Positions 7,846 through 15,620 of a stretch of DNA of 32,000 nt are shown here, one piece after another. The stretch's first letter is position 1, and the number at the start of each line of letters is the position of its first letter. The DNA lies in assembly GCF_000195755.1 (NCBI RefSeq), contig NC_005863.1:90001-122000 (forward strand), in the 5' to 3' direction. The notes under the pieces are model-generated. The model was given only the letters and a program-made list of their open reading frames with translations. It did no database searches and was not told the origin of the DNA. The stretch comes from Nitratidesulfovibrio vulgaris str. Hildenborough. GTDB lineage: Bacteria; Desulfobacterota; Desulfovibrionia; Desulfovibrionales; Desulfovibrionaceae. Both the position numbers and the translations under genes were made by a program.

Positions 7846-10515
7846 CTAGTCGCCGGGCCGGTGTACGTCCGTCTCCTGTCCGTCAGCCTTGGTGCGGACG
7901 AGGTGAACCCGGGCGTACCGTTCGCGGATGAATTGTCCGTTCGAGGCTTCAAGGAATTCGTCAACCGCCCTGCGGCATCCGCTGTAGTGGTCATAGTCGT
8001 CGATGATCATGCGGCCCCCCGGTGAGATGTGGGGGGCGATACGCTCAAGGCAGGTCTTCACCGACTGGTACCAGTCGCAATCTATGTGAGCCAGCGCCAC
8101 CGGCCCGGAAGGGTAGAGGGTGTTCTCGTAGAGGCCGGGGACGAAGGTTATGCCATGTTCGGCAGGGGGCAGTCCGAGAGCGACGAAGTTGTCCTGCACA
8201 TTCTTGAGCAGGTCAGGTTCGTAGCCGTAATAGCGCTTGCCGTTGAGCCCCGTGGACTCTCCGGCGGCAATGACCGCAAAACGGGCACGTGCCTCTTCGC
8301 CATCGTTGCTGCCGGGGGGCGGGATGCACCCGAAGACATCGAAGACATGCAACGGTCGCTCTTTAGCCTTGGCCGTGGCAAGAACCATGGTCGACCCGCC
8401 GAGGGCACACCCGGCTTCGATGATACAGCCCGGGATTGCCGCCGATTCGATGAGCCCTACGGTCTCGGCGAGCCCGTGCAGGGCTCCCGGTTCGAGATAC
8501 GAAAGCCCCTCGTCGAGCACATGCCTGATGACGGCGGTCCTGCCAGTGCCGGAGGGCACCCCCCCGATGCGCTCTGCCATCTCGTCGTCGACGAGTCGGG
8601 GCAAGGGGGTCTGCGCCGTCCATTCCTCGATTCCGCTCACATCCAGCACGGCAAGGCTGCAAAGCCGCCACCAGACGATGCCGGGAAGCTGCTGCGGGAG
8701 TTTCTGCAGGTCGACAAGCTCACGCAGCAGGGGGCTTCGGTGCACAAGGGGCATGAGGTCTGCCTGCAACTGTGGCAGCTTGGAGCTGATGTCCGTGTAA
8801 AGCCCCCGTTTTATCTGGTGAAACCGCAATGATTCAGGGATGGCGGGGAACAGCTGCCGTGCGAGTCCCTTAAGGTACCCGTCCTGACACAGGTCCTTCA
8901 GCGGGACGCTGGCACAGAACTCGTACAGCCGCGTATCCAGCAGGGGAACCCGTTCTTCAATGCCGTGGGCCATGGAGTTCCGGTCGGCGTCCCGCAGCAG
9001 GTATTGCAGTTCATATGTGAACAGGGATTTCTGCTGTTGTTCCCCCCACGAAGAGGCGCCGACGAATGTCGAAATCCATTCTTCAGGGTCGGCGATGGTG
9101 TGCTTGAGGTGCAGGGCTGCGATGTCGTGTGCGTAGTCGTTTGCCCAGCCTAGCGGGTGGCTGTAGCTGTCCCATGTGCTTCTGATGGTGCGTCTGTCCT
9201 GCATGAGATGCCTTGACTGACGCAGACACCACCAGATGAGAGACATGATTCGTCTCTGTGCGAGCATGTCGCGAACGACAGCCGGATAGTACCGTTGATA
9301 GCCGCAGAACAGTTCGTCGCCACCGTGTCCGCTCATGGACACGATGACACCCAGCTTGCGCATTTCACGATACAGATGGAACTGGTTGTACGACCCCCAG
9401 AAGAGCGAAGGCTCGTCGTTGAACAGCATGTAGCGGACGATGTCGGCCGTGGGAATGGCGTCGGGATGCCGTATGGGGTTGACATGAAGCCCCAGTTTGT
9501 CAGCCAGCGCCGTGATGAGCGGAAATTCGTCGAGCATTGAAGAACTGGCAGCGTCGATGGAATAGCACTCAGGGGCGATGCCTTCCGCGACAAGGGCAGC
9601 CGCCACGTTGGCGGAATCGATCCCCGAACTGAGACACAGCCCGACATCACGGTCGCTGCGCATCCGTATGCGGCATGACTGGCGAATGAGCCCCGCCCCT
9701 TCGTCGACGAGTTCGTGAAGGCTACGCGGTGTCTCCGTGATTCTGGGCGCGTAATAGCGTGTCACCGACGGCTCATCGTCGGGGCTGGCGAGCGTAAGGC
9801 AGTGACCGGGCGGGATTTGCCTGATGTTCTCGAAGAAGGTCCGTCCCTGCGGGGCAGTCGTCAGCGCATAGGAAAGATAGGCGGAGGCCACGTCCGGGTC
9901 CCACTTTCGCAGCACCAGTCCGCTGGCGGATATGGCCTTGATCTCCGAGGCGAAGATGAGGAAATCGTGCGTGACGGCGTAGTGGAACGGCTTGACGCCG
10001 TAGTGGAACGGCTTGACGCCGAACGGGTCGCGTGCGGCGAAAAGACTGCCACGGCTGGCATCGAAGATGGCGAAGGCGAATATGCCGTTGAACCGTTCAA
10101 GGCATCCTGCGCCCCAGTGGCGGTAGGACGCAAGAAGCACCTCGGTGTCTCCGGAGGTCTCGAAGTGCTCGCCGAGTGCGGTCAGTTCACTTCGAAGTTC
10201 GATATAGTTGAAGAGCTCACCATTGAAGACGATATGCAGGTCCCCCCGGCGTAGCGGCTGGGCCGACTTGTCGGAGAGGTCGAGAATGGACAGCCTTCTG
10301 TGGCCAAGCCAGACCGGCGCGGGTTCCAAGCCGGCTGCGAGGGCGTCAGCCGAGTGGCGTCGTCCTGCCGCGAAGGCCCCGGTCGACTGCCGCCGAAAGG
10401 ATACACCGTAACCGGCGTCAGGCCCACGATGCTCCTGACTGGTGAGCATCCTGTTCAGGGGCTGGCTCGATACGTTTCTGTCTTTGCGAGATATGATGCC
10501 TGCAATGCCGCACAT
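7846..10515 (-). CDS. asparagine synthase-like glutamine amidotransferase fused to a TylF/MycF-type methyltransferase domain
   Basis: The N-terminus MCGIAGI carries the Cys2 nucleophile of class II GATases. It is followed by RDPFGVKPFHY and FASEIKA, then the synthetase PP-loop region CLSSGIDSA. The last ~228 aa (7849-8532) read IIEAGCALGGSTMVLA...AHIDCDWYQS...GGRMIIDDY, which resembles the macrocin O-methyltransferase (TylF) family. AGAGG lies 6 nt upstream of the ATG. Confidence 0.85.
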   Translation of the reverse strand: MCGIAGIISRKDRNVSSQPLNRMLTSQEHRGPDAGYGVSFRRQSTGAFAAGRRHSADALAAGLEPAPVWLGHRRLSILDLSDKSAQPLRRGDLHIVFNGELFNYIELRSELTALGEHFETSGDTEVLLASYRHWGAGCLERFNGIFAFAIFDASRGSLFAARDPFGVKPFHYGVKPFHYAVTHDFLIFASEIKAISASGLVLRKWDPDVASAYLSYALTTAPQGRTFFENIRQIPPGHCLTLASPDDEPSVTRYYAPRITETPRSLHELVDEGAGLIRQSCRIRMRSDRDVGLCLSSGIDSANVAAALVAEGIAPECYSIDAASSSMLDEFPLITALADKLGLHVNPIRHPDAIPTADIVRYMLFNDEPSLFWGSYNQFHLYREMRKLGVIVSMSGHGGDELFCGYQRYYPAVVRDMLAQRRIMSLIWWCLRQSRHLMQDRRTIRSTWDSYSHPLGWANDYAHDIAALHLKHTIADPEEWISTFVGASSWGEQQQKSLFTYELQYLLRDADRNSMAHGIEERVPLLDTRLYEFCASVPLKDLCQDGYLKGLARQLFPAIPESLRFHQIKRGLYTDISSKLPQLQADLMPLVHRSPLLRELVDLQKLPQQLPGIVWWRLCSLAVLDVSGIEEWTAQTPLPRLVDDEMAERIGGVPSGTGRTAVIRHVLDEGLSYLEPGALHGLAETVGLIESAAIPGCIIEAGCALGGSTMVLATAKAKERPLHVFDVFGCIPPPGSNDGEEARARFAVIAAGESTGLNGKRYYGYEPDLLKNVQDNFVALGLPPAEHGITFVPGLYENTLYPSGPVALAHIDCDWYQSVKTCLERIAPHISPGGRMIIDDYDHYSGCRRAVDEFLEASNGQFIRERYARVHLVRTKADGQETDVHRPGD
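9979..10020. repeat. perfect 21-bp tandem duplication (2 copies) inside the amidotransferase gene
   Basis: gtagtggaacggcttgacgcc occurs at 9979-9999 and again at 10000-10020 with 21/21 identity. It is in frame and duplicates the peptide GVKPFHY. Confidence 0.95.
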
Positions 10516-10605
10516 GAATGCCTCTATGGAAGCAGGGATGCCGCAGGGTGCACGTGTTGCATCCTTGCTGGCGCACCTGGGTTGATCGCGAGAATGGCCC
10601 GGTAG

Positions 10606-11295
10606 CTATCTGAAAAGCGTGAAGATGCTACGCCTTGCCGAGTAGCCGAACCTGTCCATCCAGAGCCTGTTCCGGCTCATGAAGTAGTCTATTTCAGATT
10701 TCTTGATCGACCATGGAACGCTGACCTTGCCCCTTCTGAAATAGTTCTTCCCCATGCCTTGCAGCGTGTCGAACGGGTTCACCCATTTGCGAAGCATGGG
10801 CAGACCTGTGAAGTCTGCAATCCTGTCGATGTTCTCCTGTGCTGCCGGAGACAACAGGTCTTCATAACGAATGAGCAATGTATTGGGTCGATCCATAGGA
10901 GACCATGCTTCTATGTGGGCAGACCATGTGGGGAATGCCGTCCCGTCGACCACCTGCTGCCAGGTGCACTGCACATTCTCTATTTTCGCCAGATAGTGGC
11001 GGTATGAATCGGTCGCGATGAGACCGTTGCGTATGATATAGATGGCCCGGTCGTCGCTCTCCGGTTCTTCATGGGTCTTGACGACCGTGACATGCTGTTC
11101 CGCACGTGCCTTTTCGAGAAAGTCGTCAAGTTCACCCCCGAATGGTCGCGCACCCATGAATTTGGCGATGTCGACATTGGAGTACTCGTTCGTACGTTCA
11201 TATTTCGAGTAGGTTTCAAGCCCGAAACAATGGTTGAAAATCGTCCGTAGCAGCGAATTGCCAGACCGGGGAAAGGATGTGAGCCAGACAAGCAT
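10606..11295 (-). CDS. PAPS-dependent sulfotransferase
   Basis: A 5'-PSB-like loop (SFPRSGNSLL, aa 7-16) and a 3'-PB-like segment (IIRNGLIATDSYRHY) are present. Size (229 aa) and order fit small bacterial sulfotransferases. An APS kinase gene lies in the same locus. Confidence 0.75.
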   Translation of the reverse strand: MLVWLTSFPRSGNSLLRTIFNHCFGLETYSKYERTNEYSNVDIAKFMGARPFGGELDDFLEKARAEQHVTVVKTHEEPESDDRAIYIIRNGLIATDSYRHYLAKIENVQCTWQQVVDGTAFPTWSAHIEAWSPMDRPNTLLIRYEDLLSPAAQENIDRIADFTGLPMLRKWVNPFDTLQGMGKNYFRRGKVSVPWSIKKSEIDYFMSRNRLWMDRFGYSARRSIFTLFR

Positions 11296-11382
11296 GTTGC
11301 GACCTTCTTCTATTCTGTGTTTCGTATGCTACTTGCCCATGGGACAATGATTTCCGGATGCAATGCCCATCCAGTTGACACG

Positions 11383-12804
11383 TCACCTGCGAAGAAGGCG
11401 GTTCCACAACTTTTTGAGTGTGAATCCGGTTTTCTCATCCTGTGGTGAGAATTTGACGAAGGCAGCTTCCTTGTCGGACTTGCGTTCGCTGAACCGGTAC
11501 CCTTCCGCATAGGCCGAAACGTACTCCGAATTCACATATGTAGAGAGCCTTCCTATGCACATGGCGCATCTCTGCCGGTACGGGCTTGCCGGGTCGGTTC
11601 GCATCTTCCTGTAGTAGCGTATGATTTCATCGAACGGCGCTTCGGAGATATGTTTCATCCATGAAGACGAGAGCGACGACCATTCAGCCTGATAGTTGCC
11701 TGTGCATGGTGCCACATAGCCGTTCGTCATCAGTACCGGAGTGATGAGACTGTTGAAACAGGCATGGGTCTTTACGGGCATGACCTTGTCTTCATGCATC
11801 GGAATACATTGGAACCAGCCCACCTGTTCAGCAAAGAACGAGAATGTATCTATGCCGAATTCTTTCCAGAATTCGAGGATTTCGTCTTTGCGGGTCTTGA
11901 CCTCGTCGAACCAGCCACTCTGTACCCCGATGATCATGCCTGAACCGGCCTCGTCCCTGACGCGCATCAGATTGCGGAGGTTGGCGAGAATCCTGTCGTA
12001 GTCAGCCCCAAGCCTGATGCTCTCGACGATTTCCTTTGTGTGCCCGTCGATGCTGAAGAGCACTGCGCCGACACCGAGCTCGACAAGTTCCCGGGCCACC
12101 TTGTCATCCACCAGCATGCCGTTGGTGAGGATGCGGACATGCAACCCCCTTCTGATGGCCTCGCGGATGTAGGGCATGGCCTTCTTCGATACGAACAGTT
12201 CACCTGTGCCGCAGAAGAGAAGGTCGTCTCCGGGCTTCCTCTGGTCGAGGAAGAGGTAGTAGTCCTCTTCTTTCAACTCTTGCCGTTCGGTCTTGCCCCG
12301 GCTCGCTGCGAAGTCGTAGCGCGAGTCGTCACCATGGAACGAGCACCCCCGGCATCGCAGGTTGCAGAAGTCCGTAACGCTCACCATGGTATGGTGGTAG
12401 AATGTGGAGAAGAGGAAGACGACCTCGAATGCGTCGTTGTAGTCCAGAAGGACAGGGTTGCTGCTGTAGAAGGCAGTCATGTCCAGGGCGGCAACCTTGT
12501 CCGCGAACGAGTCTCCCCATCGTGCCGGGTCGACGATGATCGTCTTTGGCAGGACTTCGGAGGTCAGCATGGGGGCTTTCCATTCCTTGTCCTCCATGAA
12601 ACGTCGCGCGTCGACGGTGCGTATGGCATCAGTGCCCAGCCATTCAGTGGCATGGTCACTGACATAGGCAAGAAAGTCGTCTCCGGCGTCTCCGAAATGG
12701 ATGACGACGGGGAGTCCGCCGCGCTGTATTTCGCGAAGTTCGTCAGGACCGAGCGCCTTGATTCCTTCAAGGGAGAAGATCGAAGACATCGTGTATCCCT
12801 TCAT
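11383..12804 (-). CDS. radical SAM enzyme (unknown reaction) with an N-terminal extension
   Basis: The canonical CxxxCxxC cluster motif FCNLRCRGC spans aa 146-154 (nt 12343-12366), followed by GTGELF and a Cys-rich C-terminal part (CFNSL...APCTGNY...RCAMCIG) that could be an auxiliary-cluster or SPASM-like region. ATG 12804 overlaps the wzt stop by 1 nt (TAATG). ATG 12789, preceded by AAGGGA, is an alternative start. Confidence 0.8.
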   Translation of the reverse strand: MKGYTMSSIFSLEGIKALGPDELREIQRGGLPVVIHFGDAGDDFLAYVSDHATEWLGTDAIRTVDARRFMEDKEWKAPMLTSEVLPKTIIVDPARWGDSFADKVAALDMTAFYSSNPVLLDYNDAFEVVFLFSTFYHHTMVSVTDFCNLRCRGCSFHGDDSRYDFAASRGKTERQELKEEDYYLFLDQRKPGDDLLFCGTGELFVSKKAMPYIREAIRRGLHVRILTNGMLVDDKVARELVELGVGAVLFSIDGHTKEIVESIRLGADYDRILANLRNLMRVRDEAGSGMIIGVQSGWFDEVKTRKDEILEFWKEFGIDTFSFFAEQVGWFQCIPMHEDKVMPVKTHACFNSLITPVLMTNGYVAPCTGNYQAEWSSLSSSWMKHISEAPFDEIIRYYRKMRTDPASPYRQRCAMCIGRLSTYVNSEYVSAYAEGYRFSERKSDKEAAFVKFSPQDEKTGFTLKKLWNRLLRR

Positions 12805-14246
12805 TATTGTGATTGTGAAGTGCGGAATGAAATGTCCGTTTCAATGTCTACAAGACCTATGAATGGAATCTGTAGACCATGCGACGGCTTGCAGACTACG
12901 AACGATCCAGCTTTCAGCAGACTGAAAAGCGGTTTGCCGGATGCAATGAGCGTCTCTGCAGAAATATACTCCAGTTGCTCTGCTATCCATGAAGGGTGCT
13001 CGCCAATCCCCACGCTGAAAGTATAGTCGCCGCAGGCCACCGGAAGCCTCATCTTCCAGCAGAGACGTAAGCGAACGTCGCGGCCGAGCGTTGCCGGAAT
13101 GCCCGAACGGGTGAGGAGGGAATTGGTGCAATAGAGGGGCAGGTTGTCCTTGGTGTTGATCGTGAGCCCTATGGCCAGTTGTTCGACATCGCGAAGCGTC
13201 GTGACTTCGATGAAGAAATGGGCGTATTGCCCCTGTTCGAACATCCGGCATGGACTACCGGCAGGGGTGCACAGGGCAACCCTGTCTATCCTGACGCTCT
13301 CTTCTTCGGCCACGATGGACTGTGCAGCATCCAGTGGGAGGAAGGCCTCGTCGGGAGGCCAGAAGTCCATGTCCCCCGCCTCGTCAACGCTGGCGGAGTG
13401 CGAGGCCGAAGCCGTTCGCGTCTCGTCGCTGACTGCAGCGGAGGCCTCGAGGCCCTTCGCCAGCGTAGGGCGGCTGTTCCCATAAAGCCGAAGCCCCGTT
13501 TCGACTTCGCCCTGATGGGTCACCCTGCCGTTTTCCAGAAGGATGACCGACGAACAGTATTTGCGCACCGCCTGTACGTCGTGGGTGACAAGCAGAATGG
13601 CAACCCCCTTGTCCAGAAGGCCCGCCATGTGGGCATGGCATTTCTGCTGGAAAAAGATGTCGCCCACCGCAAGCGCTTCATCGACGATGAGGATGTCGGG
13701 AGAAAGACATGCCTGCACAGCGAAGGCGAGGCGGACGAACATGCCGCTGGAGTAGGTCTTGACGGGCTGGTCGAAGAATTCGCCGATCTCTGCGAAATCG
13801 CGAATCTCGTCGAGCCGTTGCTCCACCTCGCGTGTAGACAGGCCGAGTGCCGTGCCGTTCACGAAGACGTTCTCCCGACCTGTGAAGTCGGGCAGGAAGC
13901 CGCTGCCGAGTTCGAGAAGCGACGCCACCCGCCCGCGAAGCAAGGCTTCGCCTGTGGTCGGCTTGAGCGCCCCCGCGAGAATCTGGAGCAGCGTGCTCTT
14001 TCCGGCACCGTTATGCCCGACAACGCCAAGGGCCTCACCCTTGCGCACAGTGAACGACACGTCCTGCAACGCCCAGAAAGGACGCCCCAGCGAGCGGCGC
14101 AGCAGCATCTGCTTGAGTCGGTCGGCCGGTCTGTCGAATATCTCGTAGCACTTGCCGAGGCGTTCTGCGGCGATGGCTACCGTAGGGTCGTCGCGCATGA
14201 TCGCGGCGACCTGCCCGTTTTCGTTGGTGTCATAGAACATCGGCAA
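12804..14246 (-). CDS. wzt: polysaccharide ABC exporter ATP-binding protein with C-terminal extension (Wzt-like)
   Basis: Walker A is GHNGAGKST, the signature is YSSGMFVRLAFA, and Walker B is ILIVDEALAVGD. An extra ~180-aa C-terminal domain (nt 12807-13349) follows the NBD, as in Wzt proteins that carry a glycan-end-binding module. The gene overlaps the wzm stop by 17 nt. Confidence 0.9.
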   Translation of the reverse strand: MPMFYDTNENGQVAAIMRDDPTVAIAAERLGKCYEIFDRPADRLKQMLLRRSLGRPFWALQDVSFTVRKGEALGVVGHNGAGKSTLLQILAGALKPTTGEALLRGRVASLLELGSGFLPDFTGRENVFVNGTALGLSTREVEQRLDEIRDFAEIGEFFDQPVKTYSSGMFVRLAFAVQACLSPDILIVDEALAVGDIFFQQKCHAHMAGLLDKGVAILLVTHDVQAVRKYCSSVILLENGRVTHQGEVETGLRLYGNSRPTLAKGLEASAAVSDETRTASASHSASVDEAGDMDFWPPDEAFLPLDAAQSIVAEEESVRIDRVALCTPAGSPCRMFEQGQYAHFFIEVTTLRDVEQLAIGLTINTKDNLPLYCTNSLLTRSGIPATLGRDVRLRLCWKMRLPVACGDYTFSVGIGEHPSWIAEQLEYISAETLIASGKPLFSLLKAGSFVVCKPSHGLQIPFIGLVDIETDISFRTSQSQ

Positions 14247-15114
14247 AGGCCTTGCGTGCTTGCATGAATACGAGATGCCCCACCCACAGGACGCAGGCGC
14301 CGAGAACAGTGACGATACCGAGGGAGACCGGTTCGGGAGCCTGACCGAAGTAGATGACGTGCCGGAATGCCTCCACGATTTCCGTCATGGGGTTGCAGCG
14401 AAGCAGGAACCGCCATTGCTCTGGCACCATATCCAGCTGGTAGACGATGGGGGTCGCGAAGAACAAGAGCTGAAGCGCTACACTCACGGCATGTTGCATG
14501 TCGCGCAGGAACACCCCAAGAGCGGAAAGCAGAAAGGCACCCCCGAGACTCCAGAGGCAGAGAGGCACGTACAGGGCAGGAATCCACAGGAGTGTGAGGT
14601 GGAATGGCATTCCCTTCATGGCAAGGGCTGCCAGCAAGATGACGAGTGCCGCCAGTGAATTGAAGAGAGACACCCCGAGATGGACAACGGGGAGGATTTC
14701 CAGCGGGAAGCACATCTTCTGTACGAAGCTGGGGCGCGCCTGAATCAGGGTGGGGGCACCGCCCGTCACCTCCGCGAAAAGCCACCACGGAACGAAACCG
14801 CAAAACAGCATGAGGGCGTAGTCGCCCACGCCCCCGCTGAAACGTGATGCCTGGTAGATGACCCCGAAGACGAAGGTGTAGACCCCCAGCACGAGAACGG
14901 GTGTGGCAAGCACCCACAGCCAGCCGAGACAGGTTCCACGGTAGCGCGCGGCGATGTCCCGGCGCAGCAGCTGCATGAAGAGGTCCCTACGTGCCACCAG
15001 CGTGCGTAGCAAGGTCACCGGATTGTGTGTCAGCGAGGTGCCTCTCCGGGAAGAGACGCACGTTATTGTGTGCGACGCAAGCGGCCCCTTGCAGGCGGAT
15101 ATATGTTCTTTCAC
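14230..15114 (-). CDS. wzm: ABC-2 type polysaccharide exporter permease (Wzm-like)
   Basis: The conserved N-terminal box reads LFMQLLRRDIAARYRGTCLGWLWVLATP, followed by about six hydrophobic helices. It lies immediately upstream of wzt. The start is a GTG at 15114, with in-frame stops just upstream. The exact start is uncertain but must precede residue ~33 to keep the conserved box. Confidence 0.85.
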   Translation of the reverse strand: MKEHISACKGPLASHTITCVSSRRGTSLTHNPVTLLRTLVARRDLFMQLLRRDIAARYRGTCLGWLWVLATPVLVLGVYTFVFGVIYQASRFSGGVGDYALMLFCGFVPWWLFAEVTGGAPTLIQARPSFVQKMCFPLEILPVVHLGVSLFNSLAALVILLAALAMKGMPFHLTLLWIPALYVPLCLWSLGGAFLLSALGVFLRDMQHAVSVALQLLFFATPIVYQLDMVPEQWRFLLRCNPMTEIVEAFRHVIYFGQAPEPVSLGIVTVLGACVLWVGHLVFMQARKAFADVL

Positions 15115-15175
15115 TAGCTAGCAGCCTGTTTTCATTCAATGATTGCGTCATGGCTATGACTATGCTTATTGAATA

Positions 15176-15190
15176 CACGGTTTTACCGTG
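15176..15190. promoter_or_regulatory. perfect 6-3-6 inverted repeat in the divergent wzm/cysC control region
   Basis: cacggt-ttt-accgtg sits inside the A+T-richer stretch about 60 nt upstream of the wzm start. The repeat itself is certain. A regulatory role is only suggested by its position. Confidence 0.35.
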
Positions 15191-15620
15191 CAGTGCAAAT
15201 GCAAGAATGAAGAATAGATGGGGCTTGCTTCATGTGATGAGGACAAAATCACCGATTTGGAGTATCCACTGGCTCACAGCCGGAAAAAAGCAGGCGCTGC
15301 CGACTGCCATCTTCCCTGAAGGCTTTTGCGGCGTTACACGCGTCATCCCTGTTTGAGGTGTTCCGGGCTGTGCATGAGCGTGATGCATGGAGTCTCCGGT
15401 GCAGGCCCGCTGTTTGATGCAGTGCCCCGTGCAGGACCGCCGGCCGGTGAGTCACGACGACGCATGCGGCGTGAGTCTCCAGGCAGACGTTGACGGCGAC
15501 AGGGACGTGTGCCGGAAGCGTTGATACGGACGCCGGGGCCCGACACCGATGTCGGATACCGATGCCGGATGCCGGGGATTGATGCCATGTTACCCCACAT
15601 ACCCAACCGACGGACAAGAC

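Noticed and set aside
12040-14267. 328-aa (12040..13026) and 362-aa (13179..14267) plus-strand ORFs
   Set aside because: They are antisense to the radical SAM and wzt genes, which carry unambiguous CxxxCxxC and Walker A/B motifs. No motifs are present in these frames.
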